DNA of 63,441 nt, filler included, from Chiloscyllium plagiosum (GCF_004010195.1; 4 parts of 2 records of this genome joined end to end with filler, not necessarily neighbours in it); one strand, 5' to 3'; positions 38,060 to 51,874 are shown, counted from the whole stretch's first letter. Numbers and translations: made by a program. Notes: a model not told the origin generated them from the sequence alone.

Positions 38060-39132
38060 TGCAAACCAGAAGACAAGGGAGGCGCGGTGATAGTTTGGCG
38101 CAGCTATCTTTGCATTGCTGAGGCTAAACGCCAGCTTGCGGACACCACCTCCTAGTGCCCCTTGACCATGACCCCACCTCCCACCACCAAACCATCATCT
38201 CCCAGACCATCCATAACCTCATCACCTCAGGGGATCTTCCATCCACCGCCTCCAACCTCATAGTCCCACAACCCCGCACCGCCCGTTTCTACCTCCTGCC
38301 CAAAACCCACAAAACCTGACTGCTACCGGCCGATGCACTGTCTCAGCCTGCTTCTGCCCCACCGAACTCATCTCTGCATACCTCGACACAGTCCTGTCCC
38401 CCTTAGTCCAAGAACTTCCACCTACGTTCGGGACACCACCCACGCCCTCCACCTCCTCCATGATTTTCGCTTCCCCAGCCCCCAAAGTCTTATCTTCACC
38501 GTGGACATCCAGTCCCTATACACCTCCATCCCCCATCACGAAGGACTCAAAGCCCTCCGCATCTTCCTTTCCCGCCGACCCAACCAGTACCCTTCCACTG
38601 ACACCCTGCTTCGACTGACTGAACTAGTCCTCACCCTGAACAACTTCTCCTTCCAATCCTCCCACTTCCTCCAAACCAAAGGAGTAGCCATAGGCACCCG
38701 CATGGGCCCCAGCTATGCCTGCCTCTTCGTAGGATATGTGGAACAGTCCATCTTCCACAGCTACACTGGCACCACCCCCCACCTTTTCCTCTGCTACATC
38801 GATGACTGTATCGGCGCTACCTCGTGCTCCCACGAGGAGGTTGAACAGTTCATCCACTTTACTAACACCTTCCACCCCGACCTCAAATTTACCTGGACCG
38901 TCTCAGACTCCTCCCTCCCCTTCCTAGACCTCTCCATTTCTATCTCGGGCGACCGACTCAACACGGACATTTACTATAAGCCGACCAACTTCCACAGCTA
39001 CCTAGATTACACCTCCTCCCACCCTGCCCCTGTAAAAACGCCATCCCATATTCCCAATTCCTTCGCCTCCGCCGCATCTGCTCCCAGGAGGACCAATTCC
39101 AATACTGAACAACCCAGATGGCCTCCTTCTTC
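38060..39132 (+). mobile_element. PLE RT fragment
   Basis: KPEDKGG, FYLLPK, DIQSLYT, QTKGVAIGTRMGPSYA, YIDD. Confidence 0.9.
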
Positions 39133-39359
39133 ATAATCCCACTGCTTATCTGCCATCCTTACTTAGTCTGGCCTGCATGTGACTCCAGCCCACAGGTGAC
39201 TCTTAACTCAATCAGTTTATCTCACTAATTCTATTGAGTCCAGTTTTTCTATAGTTCCTTGACGCAAAACTTGGTTAAATGCTACCCTGACACAGAAGCA
39301 GTCACTGCCAAATCCCTTCTAGATTCACTTTTCGTTCATTACTAAGAGACTGCAATACT

Positions 39360-39575
39360 ATTAGAAGGTCAGTGCCAAGGGTGTACTGCACTATCAGAAG
39401 GTCAGTACTGAGGGAGTCCTGCACTATCACAGGGTCAGTATTGAGGGTGTGTTGCACTGCTGCAGGGTCAATACTGAGGGAGTGCTATGCTTGTGAATGT
39501 ATTAGCATTGAAAATGAGCAGAGTGCTTGTATTGGGTAGCACTGCACTTCACTGGGTCAATGCTGAGGAAGTGTT
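39360..39575. repeat. Degenerate tandem repeat, about 33-bp unit
   Basis: gggtcagtactgagggagtgctgcact-like units, about 6 copies. Confidence 0.7.
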
Positions 39576-39659
39576 GGGTTGTATGTAATCTGAAAGTAAA
39601 CTGCATTGAGTAGATACTGCTCCCAGACTGTTATTGATAATGCCTATTAATTTCATTCA

Positions 39660-41060
39660 TAGAAACATAGAAAATAGGTGGAGTAGGCCATTCAGCCTTT
39701 CAAGCTTGCAGTACCATTCAATATGATCATAGCTGATCATTAAATTTCAGTATTCCATTCTCATACCCATCCAATTTCTGCCCATACCCCTTGACGCCTT
39801 CACCCTCAAGGGCCACATCCAGCTTCCTCTTGAATATATCTAATGAACTGGCCCCGACAGATTCCTGTGGGAGAGAATTCCACAGGGTTCACAACTCTGA
39901 CTGAAGAAATTCTTCCTCATATCAGTTCTGAATAGCGAACTCCTTATTCTTAGGTTGTAATCCATAGTTCTGGACTTTCCTAACATAGGAACATTCTTCC
40001 TGCATCTAATCTGTTCAATCTCATCAGGGTTTTATATGCTCCCATGAGATCCCCTTTCACTCTGAATTCCAGCGAGTATAAGCCCAGTTGATCCAGTCTT
40101 TCCTCATTTGTCAGTCCTGCCATCCTGGGAATCAGTCTGATGAACCCTTGCTGGACTCCCTCAATAACAAGAATGTCCTTCCTCAGACTGGGAGATCAAA
40201 ACTGCACAGCACCAAAGCTCTGTATAACTGGAACAGTTCATTCCTACACCTATATTCTAATCCTCTCATTATGAAGCCTAGCATGCCATTAGCCTGCCTG
40301 CTGCACCTGCATGCCAACCTTCAGCGACTGCTCCATCACGACACCCAAGTCTTGTTGCATCCCATCTTTTCCTAACTGCCACCATTAAGATAATAATCTG
40401 CCTTCCTGTTTTTGCCACCAAAGTGGAAAACCTCACACTTGACAAGTATTTGCCCACTTAGCCAACCTGTCCATGTTACCCTGCAGTGTCTTCGCACCCT
40501 CCTCAAAACACACACTGCCACCCAGCTTAATGTCATCTGCAAATTTGGAGATATTACATTTAATTCTTTCTTCCAAATCGTTAATGTATCTTCTGAACAG
40601 CTGAGATCCCAGCACTGAACCCTGCAACATCCCAATTATCACTGCCTGCCGTTCTGAAAAGGACCCGTCTATTCTATCTCTCTGCTTCCTATCTGCCAAC
40701 CAGTTCTCTATCAATGTCCATGCATTACCTCCAATACCATGACCTTTAACTTTCCTTCCTAATCTCTTGTGTGGAACCTTGTCAAAAGTCTTTTGAAAGT
40801 CCAGATACACAACATCGACTGATTCACCCTTGTCCACTCTACTGGTCATAGCCTCAAAATATTCCAGAAGATTTGTCAAGCATGCTTTTCCTTTAGTGAA
40901 TCTAAGCTGATTAGGACTGATTCTGTCACTGCTTTCCAAATGCTCAGTTATTATATTTTAATAATTGACTCCAGCATTTTCCCTATCACCAATGTCAGGC
41001 TAACAGGCCTATAATTCCCCATTTTCTCTCTCCCTTTATTAAAGACTGGGTTACATTAGC
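39660..41060 (-). mobile_element. CR1 RT and 3' end
   Basis: CLTNLLEYFE..YLDFQKTFDKV..QGSVLG..FADD; ctatgtttctat tail. Confidence 0.87.
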
Positions 41061-41065
41061 TCAAT

Positions 41066-41628
41066 TGTAACAATGCTTTCACCTTAAAAAGGTTATTTTC
41101 TCGTTGGTTTTTGTTTGAAGAGGGGTTGTAAGGGCAGAAGTGCTGAGGAGTCTCAGGAGTTTAATAATGGAAAGGGAGTGGCCGGTTCTCCCAGTTCGAG
41201 TTTTTCCTAGTTTTTTTTGCTGCAGCAGTCACAAGATGCATGAGTTCAAAAGTATTGCAAGCTTCAGTAAAGGATTCCTCTGACTTTCTCTGAAATCTCT
41301 CTCTGGATGTTATTCCCTTCTGCCTGTAAGAATCTGTGTTTGAATTTATATTTTTGCCAAGGGGTGTGTTTATGTGATGTTACTGTACTGGAACAGTTAT
41401 CTGCAATAGTTACTGTATCAGGTCAGTTAAATTTTCCAATAGTTAAGTTACTCTAAATTCCACTTTCTTTTTTGTGTTTCAACTTAATATTTAAATAAAT
41501 TCTGTTTTGCTTAAAACTGAGTGGTTTGACCAGTTACATCATCACACCTGCCTTTAAAATAAGAAAAGGTTAGGGTTTGAGCTACCTCCTTAAAATATTT
41601 TGAGGAGGTCTGGCCTGTCCCCATAACA
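41066..41628 (+). mobile_element. Solo LTR (same family as 15443-16040)
   Basis: TGTAAC...ATAACA termini, near TSD caat/cagt, AATAAA at about 41495. Confidence 0.75.
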
Positions 41629-41662
41629 CAGTCCATCGGAACTCTATACCCAAAAATGTTAC

Positions 41663-41765
41663 CTTCTCTCCTAGAGTCTCACACAACGCATCTAGTACCA
41701 GCTGGTGATGCCCAAACACCAGGAATTTCTCCCGGCCACTCTCCAGCAGATCCTTCACATATTCT
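41663..41765 (-). CDS. SMARCAL1: SMARCAL1 internal exon (start of C-terminal helicase lobe), 103 bp
   Basis: ttttttcag|A GAA TAT...GAG AAG|gtaac; encodes [34 protein letters not shown], matching recalled human [20 protein letters not shown]; phase joins the next exon. Confidence 0.95.
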
Positions 41766-42385
41766 CTGAAAAAAAGAGGAAAATTAGTAAATTTAACCAG
41801 CAAAGAAGATTACAAGAAAAGCCGTGGGTGGGTGGGGGTCATGCTGACTTATGGAGGAACTGGGAAGTGAGGTAGGAAGTGAAGGAGAAACAGGTTTAGA
41901 ATACAGGCCCTTACAGAGATAACTAGTCCTTGTGAGATGAGACAAAGTGGAAATGCAAAGGGAGGGAGATGCCATGGAGGAAAAGTTATGGACCGGAAAG
42001 GGGAGTTACAAAGTTATGAAACAGACTCCCAGGAAGGGCAGAGGATTACAGAATGGACCTGAAATTACAGTTTAAAGGAGATCACTATAGTAAATTAATA
42101 CAGCAATTAAAGTGCGAAATTTAATTTGGAAATTTTGCCAAGAGCAAACTCTCAGAACTGCAGATAAAAGCAGGTAGAAGCATAGAAAATAGATGCAGGA
42201 GTAGGCTGGAGTGTGGTTCTGGAAAAGCACAGCCGGTCAGGAGTATTCCATTCAGCCCTTGGATTCTGCTCCACCATTCAATACGATCATGGCTGATCTT
42301 GCAATTTCAGTTGCCCACTCCCGCTTTCTCTCCACACCCCTCGACCCCTTAGCTGCAAAGGCCACATCCAGCTCCCTCTTGAAGT

Positions 42386-43945
42386 ATTTGGGACAGATGA
42401 GGTGATGGAGAATTACAGATCAGCTAGGAAGGATTTAAAGAGAGAGTTAAGAAGAGCAAAGAGAGGACACGAGCAGTCTTTAGCAAATAGAATAAAAGAG
42501 AACCCTAAAGTTTTCTATAGGTATTTGAGGAATAAAAGGATGATTAGGGTAGGAATAGGGCCAGTCAAAGACAGAAGTGGGAAGTTGAGTGTAGACCCTG
42601 TAGAGATGGGAGAGGTGCTACATGAACATTTCTCATCAGTGTTCACTCAGGAAAAGGAGAATATTGTAGAGGAGAAGAATGAGGTACAAGATATTAGACT
42701 AGAAAGGATCGAGGTTAGTTACACACAGATGTTATCAATTCTAGAAGGAGTGAAAGTAGACAAGCCCCCAAGGCCGGATGGGATTTATCCAAAGATTCTC
42801 TGGGAAGCTAGGGAGGAGATATCAGAGCCTTTGGCTTTGATATTTGAGTCGTCATTGTCTGCAGGTTTAGTACCTGAGGACTGGAGGATAGCAAATGTTC
42901 AAGGGCAGCAGAGATGACCCAGGTAATTATAGACCAGTGAGCCTTACTTCTGTTGTAGGAAAGGTTTTGGAAAGGATTATGAGAGATAAGATTTATAATC
43001 ATCTCGCAAGCAACAATTTGATTTCAGATAGTCAACATGGTTTCATCAATGGCAGATCGTGTCTCACAAACCTCACTGAGTTTTTTGGAAGGTGACCAAG
43101 CATGTAGATGAGGGTAGGGCAGTTGACGTGGTATACATGGATTTCAGTAAAGCCTTTGATAAGGTTCCACATGGTAGGCTGATGGAGAAAATGCAGAGGC
43201 ATGGAATTGAGGGTGATTTAGCAGTTTGGATTAGAAACTGGCTTTCTGAAAGAAGGCAGCGAGTGGTGGTTGATGGAAAATAATCAGTCAGGAGTCCAGT
43301 TACTCGTGGTGTGCCACAAGGATCTGTTTTGGGGCCACTGCTGTCTGTCATTTTTATAAATGACTTAGACGCAGGCACAGATGGATGGATTAGTAAATTT
43401 GCAGACGACACTAAAGTCGGTGGAGTAGTGGACAGTTTGGAAGAATGTTACAGGTTGCAGGGGGACTTGGATAAACTGCAGAATTGGGCTGAGAGGTGGC
43501 AAATGGAATTCAATGCAGCTAAATGTGAGGTGATGCACTTTGGGAAGAATAACAGGAAGGCAGAGTACTGGTAGTGTGGATGTGCAGAGGGATCTTGGAG
43601 TTCATGTGCATAGATCCCTGAAAATTGCCACCCAGGGGGATAGTGATGTTAAGAAGTTATGGTGAGTTAGATTTCATTGGTAGAGGGACGGAGTTCCGGA
43701 ACCGCAATATCATGCTGCAACTATACAAAATGCTGCTGCGGCCACACTTGGAATATTGCATACGATTCTGGTCGCCCCATTATAGAAAGGATGTGGAAGC
43801 ATTGGAAAAGGTGCAGAGGAGATTTACTAGGATGTTACCTGATCTGGAGGGAAGTCTTATGAGGAAAGGCTGAGACACTTGGGTCTGTTCTCCTTGGAAA
43901 GAAGAAGGCTAAGGGTAGATTTGATAGAGACATACAAGATGATCA
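42386..43945 (+). mobile_element. CR1 ORF2 fragment
   Basis: [40 protein letters not shown]. Confidence 0.88.
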
Positions 43946-46280
43946 AAATGCAACACTTCGCATTTATCCAGGTTGAACTCCATCTGCCATTTCTCAGCCC
44001 AGCTCTGTATCCTGTCTATGTTGCGCAGCAGCCTGCAGTAGCCCTCTATACAATCGATGACACCTCCAGCCTTTGTGTCATCTGCAAATTTACTAACCCA
44101 CCCCTCAACCTCCTCATCCAAGTCACTTATAAAAACAACAAAGAGCAGAGGCCCAAGAAGAGATCCCTGCGAGCGCCCACTCAACACTGACCTCAGGCAG
44201 AATACTTTCCATCTACAACCACTCTCTGCCTTTGGTCAGCCAGCCAATTCTGAATCCAGATAGACAAATCTCCCTGTATCCCATACCTCCTGACTTTATG
44301 AATGAGCCTACCATGGGAAACAATAGACAATAGGTGCAGGAGTAGACCATTCTGCCCTTCATTATGATCATATCTGATCATCCTCAATCAGTATCCTGTT
44401 CCTGCCTTATCTCCATAATCCTTGATTCCACTATCCTATCCAACTCTTTCTTAAACGAATCCAGACTCTGGGTCTCCACTGCCTTCTGGGGCAGAGCATT
44501 CGATACACCCAACAATCTCTCTGGGTGAAGAAGTTTCTCCTCATCTCTGTCCTAAATGGCCTACCCCGTATTTTTAAGCTGTGTCCTCTGGTTCGGGACT
44601 CACCCATCAGCGGAAACATGTTTCCTGCCTCCAGAGTGTCCAATCCTTTAATAATCCTTTATGTCTCAATCAGATCCCCTCTCAGTCTCCTAAACTCAAT
44701 GGTATACAAGCCCAGTCGCTCCAGTCTTTCAGTGTAAGATAATCCCGCCATTCCAGGTATTGACCTCGTGAACCTACGCTGCACTCCCTCAATAGCCAGA
44801 ATGTCTTTCCTCAAATTTGGAGACCAGAAATGCACACAATATTCCAGGTGCGGTCTCACCAGGGCCCTGTACAGCTGCAGAAGAACATCTTTGCTTCTAT
44901 ACTCAATCCCTCTTGTTATGAAGGCCACATGCCATTAGCTTTCTTCACTACCTGCTGTACCTGCATGCTTGCCTTCATTGACTGGTACTGCCCCTTTACC
45001 TAACTTGACTCCATTTAGGTAGTAATCTGCCTTCCTAATACCATCTTCGTTATCATTAATAGTTATTATAAAACGCTGCAGTCCCAGCACTGATCCCTGC
45101 GGTACATCACTGGTCACCGCCTGCCATTCCGAAAGGGACCGGTTTATCACTACTCTGTTTCCTGTCAGCCAACCAATTTTCAATCGAAGTCAGCACTTTG
45201 CCCCCAATACCATGCGCCCTACATTTGCTCACTAACCTCTTATGTGGGACTTTATCTGAAAGTCCAGGTACACTACATCCACTGGATCTCCCTTGTCCAT
45301 CTTCAGAGTTACATCCTCAAACATTCCAGAAGATTTCTCAAGCATGATTTCCCCTTCATAAATCCATGGTGACTCTGACCTATCCTGTTACTGCTAACCT
45401 TACCAAATGCCTTGCTGACGTCCATATACACCACATCCACTGCTCGACCGTCGTCAACCTGTCTTGACACTTCCTCAAAGAACTCAATAAGATTTGTGAG
45501 GCATGACCTGCTCCTCACAAAGCCATGCTGACTGCCTTTAATCACACTATGCTTTGCCAAATAGTCATAAATCCTATCCCTCAGAATTCTTCCCAAAACT
45601 TTGCTGACCACAGACGTAAGACGCAAGAGAAACAACATTCACTTCCTTCCAATCCTCTGGTACGACTCCTGTGGAGAGTGAGGAGGCAAATATCCTCGCC
45701 AGAGGCTTAGCAACCACGTCTCTCGCTTTTCGGAGCAGCCTAGGATACATCTGGGCTGGCCCTGAGGACTTATCAATTTTAATGTTTTCCAAAATTTCTA
45801 GCACATCATCTTCATCAATCTTAATCTGGTCAGGACTGTATCCCAGCTCCTCTAAGTTTTCATTTACAACTAGTTCCCTTTCCTTGGTCAAAACCAAAGC
45901 AAAAAACTCATTTACGGTTTCCCCTATCTGCTCAATCTCCACGCACAAGTTCCCTCCGCTATCACTGATCGGCCCTACCTTCTCCCTGATTATTTTCTTA
46001 TTCCTCACATATGAGTAAAATGTCATAACTATACCTGCATCCTCTACTTCCTCTAGCAGTTCATTCCACATACAAATCACCCTGTGTGTGAAAAAGCTGC
46101 CGCTCTAGGTCATAGAGTCATAGAGAGTCTTTTTTAAATCTTTCTCATCTCACCTTAAAATATGCCCTGTAGGTGTGAACTCTCCTACCTATGGAAACGA
46201 CCTTTGCTATTCACCTTATGTATGCCCCTCAGATTTTAAAAACCTCTATAAGGTCATCCCTCAACCTCCAATGCTCCAGT
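43946..46280 (-). mobile_element. Nested minus-strand CR1 fragments (one copy split by another at about 44321-45395)
   Basis: RT motifs in ORFs 43909-44187, 44659-44928, 45309-45638, 45574-46080. Confidence 0.82.
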
Positions 46281-46611
46281 GAAATCCATGCCTATAAGTC
46301 TTGAAATCCAGACAAAAGAAGTTGTCTCTCAAAGAAAGTTTGATACAAAGACAACTTATTTTCTGAGGAAGCTATATTGGTCTGACAGTACAATCCTCTT
46401 CACATATTTGTTTGCATATCCAATCTTATTCCCTAAGGTAGATTTTAGACAGTGTTTAAATTTACAGGTGAGTTGTATGCTATAAACACATATATTTAGC
46501 ACATCCTTTATGATATAGTACTCATTATAATACAGTAATCCAGAATTGATTCTTAAAATAAATATTCACAAGTATTGAAAGGATTGTAGTCAAATGTGTA
46601 ATTCTTCAAGA

Positions 46612-47700
46612 ATCAGGGATACAGGGAGATTTGGCTATCTGGATCCAGAATTGGTTTGCTGACAGAAGACAGACTGTGGTTGTAGATGGAAAGTATTCTG
46701 CCTGGAGGTCAGTGTTGAGTGGGGTCTCACAGGGGTCTGTTCTTGGGCCTCTGCTCTTTGTAGTTTTTATAAATGACTTGGAAGAGGAGGTTGAGGGGTG
46801 GGTTAGTAAATTTGCAGATGACAAAAGGCTGGAGGTATCGTCGATAGTATAGAGGGCTACTACAGGCTGCTGCACGACATAGGCAGAATGCAGAGCTGGG
46901 CTGAGAAATGGCAGATGGAGTTCAACCTGGATAAATGCGAAGTGTTGCATTTTGGAAGGTCGAACTCGAACGCTGAATATAGGATTAAAGACAGGATTCT
47001 TGGCAGTGTGGAGGAACAGAGGGATCTGGGTGTGCAAGTACATAGATCCCTCAAATTTGCCACCCGATAGGGTTGTTAAGAAAGCATATGGTGTTTTGGC
47101 TTTCATCAACAGGGGGATTGAGTTTAAGAGCCGCGAGGTTTGGCTGCAGCTCTACAAGTCCCTGGTGAGACCACACTTGGAATATTGTGTCCAGTTCTGG
47201 TTGCCCTACAATAGGAAAGATACAGAGGCTTTGGAGAGGGTGCAAAGAAGGTTTACCAGGATGCTGCAGGGACTGGAGCGCTTGTCTTATGAAGAGAGGT
47301 TGAATAAGCTCAGACTTTTCTCTCTGGAGAGAAGGAGGAAGAGAGGAGACCTGATCGAGGTGTACAAAATATTGAGAGGAATAGATAGAGTCAATAACCA
47401 GAGACTTTTCCCCAGGGCAGGATTGACTGGTATGAGAAGTCATAGTTTGAAGATATTAGCAGAAGGATATAAAGGAGACGTCAGAGGTAGATTTTTAACG
47501 CAGAGAGTTGTGAATGCATGGAATGCATTACCAGTGCTGGTGGTGGAAGCAGAGTCATTAGGGACATTTAAGCGACTGCTGGACATGCACATGGATAGCA
47601 GTGAGTTGAGGGGTGCTTAGGTTGTTACTATATTTTACATTAGGATTAAATCTCGGCACAACATCGTGGGCCAAAGGGCCTGTTCTGTGCTGTACTTTTC
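46612..47700 (+). mobile_element. 5'-truncated CR1
   Basis: [35 protein letters not shown]; 3' UTR. Confidence 0.88.
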
Positions 47701-48063
47701 TAATCAAAAAACAGATAACAATAGAAAATTGGTAAATGTTCAGGAAACAGTGGGTGGGATTAAGGGGTTGTTTTTCAGGTTGGCAATCCATTATCAGTGG
47801 GTTCCACAGGGATTAGTGCTGGGACCACAACTGTTTCCAATTTATTGTTAATGACTTGGGGAGAGATGTACTGCAGCCAAATTTGTAGATGACACAAAAA
47901 TAGATGGAATACCAAGTCACATAAGGGATACAAACAGTTTAGAGAAAAATAATGATAGATTAAATAAGTGGGCAAAAAGTTAGGAAATGGATTGTATGGT
48001 GTGAAAATGTGATGTTGTTCATTTCGGAAGAGCAAAAAAGAACAAAGTACGATTTAAATTGGT

Positions 48064-48396
48064 GGGTGGCACGGTGGCATAGTGGGCGGCATGGTGGCAC
48101 AGTGGTTAGCACTGCTGCCTCACAGCGCCAGAGACCCGGGTTCAATTCCCGCCTCAGGCAACTGACTGTGTGGAGTTTGCACATTCTCCCCGTGTCTGCG
48201 TGGGTTTCCTCCGGGTGCTCCGGTTTCCTCCCACAGTCCAAAGATGTGCAGGTTAGGTGAATTGGCCATTCTAAATTGTCCGTAGTGTTAGGTAAGGGGT
48301 AAATGTAGGGTTATGGGTGGGTTGTGCTTCGGCGGGTCGGTGTGGACTTGTTGGGCCGAAGGGCCTGTTTCCACTCTGTAAAAGTAATCTAATCTA
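48064..48396 (+). mobile_element. HE1-like SINE with duplicated 5' 20 nt
   Basis: gggtggcacggtggcatagt then gggcggcatggtggcacagt; taatc tail. Confidence 0.88.
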
Positions 48397-48494
48397 AAAA
48401 CTGTGGAAAGTTGCAACACAAAGGGAATTGGGGATCTTCTGCGTGAAACACAGAAAGCAAACAAACAGGTGCAGCATGTAGTCATATAATATAA

Positions 48495-49770
48495 AATGGT
48501 ACAGCATAAGACCAGGCCCTTTGGCCCAAGTCTGCACCAACCATGTTGCCATTCTAAATTAATCCCACCTGCAAATGGCCCATATCGCTCTATTCCCTGC
48601 ATGTTCACATGTCTGTCTACATGCCTCTTAAACATTATTGTATCAGCTTGGACTATTTCCCCTAGCAGCACGTTCAAGCTGATGTTTCGAGTCTAACTGA
48701 CCCTCTGTCAGAGCTTTGACAAAGGGTCAGTTAGACTCGAAACGTCAGCTCTTTTCTCTCCTTACAGATGCTGCCAGACCTGCTGAGATTTTCCAGCATT
48801 TTCTCTTTTGGTTTTATATATTTCTATCAGCTTGCCTCTCAGCCTCCGACCCTCTCACAAAAAAATCCAAGTTTGTCCAATCTCTCCTCACACTAATACA
48901 CTCCAATGCAGGCAACATCCTGATAAACATCTTTGCCTTGCTCTCCAGAGTCTCCACATCCTTCCTATCGTATGGTGACCAGAACTGCACACAATACTCC
49001 AAATGTGGGCTGACTAAAACTTTATACAGCTGCAACATTATTTGCCAACTTTTATACTCAAGGCCTAACCAATGAGGGAAAGCATGCCATACATCTTCTT
49101 TATCACCTTACCCACTTGTGTCACCACTTTCAGGTAGCTACAGACTAATTCTCCAAAAATCACTCTGCACATCAATGCTTCCAAAGACCCTGCTGTGTAC
49201 TTTCCATGCTTTACTGTGGACTTTCTTCTTGTATTCGACCTCCCAAAATGCATCACATCACACCTGTCCAGATTAAACTCCATCTGCCATTTCTCCACAC
49301 AACTTTCCAACTGGTCTCTATCCTACTGTACCCTTTGACAACCTTCCTCACTATCCAAACCTCTACCAATTTTTGTGCTGTCTGCAAACATACTCATCAG
49401 ATTTCCTATATTTTCATCCAATTCATGTATATTAATTCAACTGAGATCCCAGTAGAACACCACTGGTCACAGACCCCCCAGTCAGAAAAACACCCCTCTA
49501 CAACTGCCTTCAGTCTTCTAATGAAAAAGCCAACATTGTATCCAACTCACCAAGGATCGCATGTGACTTTTCTGGACCAATCTACCTGGACAGACCTTGT
49601 CAAGTGCTTTAGTAAGGTTTATGAAGACTACATCCACTGTCCAACCTTCATCACTTCCTCAAAAAACTCAAATTTGTGAGACAAGACCTCCTCTGTACAA
49701 ATCCATGCTGACTATCCTTAAGTCCATTATTTTTCAAATGCAAGGAAATCTTTTCCCTAAGGATTTTATA
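48495..49770 (-). mobile_element. Decayed CR1 RT and 3' end
   Basis: LYKVLVSPHLEYCVQFW; KWQMEFN. Confidence 0.8.
48677..48815 (+). mobile_element. PLE terminal fragment with a 74-bp near-perfect palindrome of two head-to-head hammerhead-like cores
   Basis: agctgatgtttcgagtctaactgaccctctgtcagag|ctttgacaaagggtcagttagactcgaaacgtcagct. Confidence 0.75.
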
Positions 49771-51870
49771 GAGCAGTAAGTAAATAGTCCAACTCAGGAA
49801 GGGGCCACACAAGATCTGGTGTTCGGGAATGAGTCCAGCTAGGTGGTTGAAGTTTCAGTAGGGGATTACTTTGGGAATAGTGATCACAATTCCCTAAGTT
49901 TTAGAATACTCATGGACAAAGACTAGAGTGGTCCAAAAGGAAGAGTGCTAAATTGGGAGAAAGCCAACTAGAGCAAAATTCTGCAGGAGCTGGGGAATGT
50001 GGATTGGGAACAGCTGTTTGAGGGTAAATCCACATTTGATATGTGTGAGGCTTTTAAAGAGAGGTTGATTAGAGTGCAAGACAGACATGTCCCTGTGAAA
50101 ATGAGGGATAGAAATGGCAAGATTAGGAACCATGGATGACAGGTGAAATTGTGAGACTAGCTAAGAGAAAAAAAGTATATATATAGCCTAGGTGACTGAA
50201 GGCAGACAAAGCTTCGGAAGAATATTGGGGAAGTAGGACCAATCTAAAATAAGGAATTTAGAGAGTTAAAAGGGGTCATGAAATATATTCAGCAAACAGG
50301 GTTAAGGAAAATCCCAAAGCCTTTTATTTGTATACAAGGAACTGGAGGGTAACAAGAGAAAAGGTTGGCCTACTCAAGGACAAAGGAGGAATGTTATGCG
50401 TGGAGTCAGAGAAAATGGGTGAGACTCTTAATGAGTACTTTGCGTGGTATTCACCAAAGAGGGACATGATGGATGTTGAGTTAGGGATAGATGTTTGATT
50501 ACTCTAGTTTTTAGATCAGAGTGATGCAGGAGAAGATACATTCGGAAGAAAATGAGCTTATCAGTGATAGGCAGCATGTTTTTATGCAGGGAAGGTCATG
50601 TCTTACCAACTTAATAACACTTTTTGAGAAAGTGACAAAGTTGATTGATGAGGGAAGGGCTGTAAATGTCATATACCTGGATTTCAGTAAGGCATTTGAT
50701 AAGGTTCCCTATGGTAGGCTGATGGAGAAAGTTAAGCCACATGGGGTCCAGGGTGTACTAGCTAGATGAATAGAGAACTAGCTGGGCAACACGAGACAGA
50801 GTAGTACTGGAAGGGAATTTCTCAAAATTAGATTAGATTAGATTAGATTACTTACAGTGTGGAAACAGGCCCTTCAGCCCAACAAGTCCACACCGACCCG
50901 CCGAAGCGCAATCCACCCATACCCCTACATGTATCCCTTTTTACCTAACACTACGGGCAATTTAGCATGGCCAATTCACCTGACCTGCACATCTTTGGAC
51001 TGTGGGAGGAAACCGGAGCACCCGGAGGAAACCCACACAGACACGGGGAGAATGTGCAAACTCCACACAGTCAGTCGCCTGAGTCGGGAATTGAACCCGG
51101 GTCTCTGGCGCTGTGAGGCAGCAGTGCTAACCACTGTGCCACCGTGCCGCCCACTAATGGAGACCTGTGACCAGTGGTGTCCCACAGGGATCCGTGCTGG
51201 GACCACTGTTGTTTGTGATATACATAAATGATCTGGAGGAAGGTGGTCTGATTAGCAAGTGTGCAGATGACGCTAAGATTGATGGAGTAGCAGATAGTGA
51301 AGGGGACTGTCAGAGAATACAGCAGAATATAGGTAGATTGGAGAATTGGGCAGAAATGGCAAATGGAGTTCAATCCGGGCAAACGCGATAAGATGCGTTT
51401 TGGAAGATTCAATTCAAGAGCTAACTATACAGTAAATGGAAAGGTCCTGGGGAAAATTAATGTACATTTTGAATACTGCATACAGTTCTGGTCACATTAC
51501 CAGAAGGATGTGGATGCTTTGGACAGAAGAGGTTCACCAGGATGTTGCCTGGTATGGTGGGCACTAGCTATGAAGAGAGGTTGAGTAGATTAGGATTATT
51601 TTCATTAGAAAGATGGAGGCTGAGGGGCGGACCTGATTGCGGTCTACAAATTCATGAGAGGTATAGACAGGGTAGATAGCAAGAAGCTTTTTTCCCCCCC
51701 CCCCCCAGAGTGTGGGACTCAATTACTAGGGGTCACAAGTTTAAGGTGAGAGGGGAAAAGTTTAAGGGAAATATGCGTGGAAAGATCTTTAGGCAGAGGG
51801 TGATGGGTACCTGGAAAACGTTGCCCGTGTAGAGGCGGGCACAATAGCATAATTTAACATGTATCTAGAC
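49770..51870 (+). mobile_element. Decayed CR1 ORF2, interrupted by an HE1 SINE
   Basis: [20 protein letters not shown] motifs. Confidence 0.82.
50828..51152 (-). mobile_element. HE1-like SINE
   Basis: Reverse complement of the 25101 copy with (GATTA)n. Confidence 0.9.
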
Positions 51871-51874
51871 AGAC

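Noticed and set aside
46279..46485. Plus-strand ORF with a cag|gtgagt donor-like site
   Set aside because: No recognisable protein or partner exons
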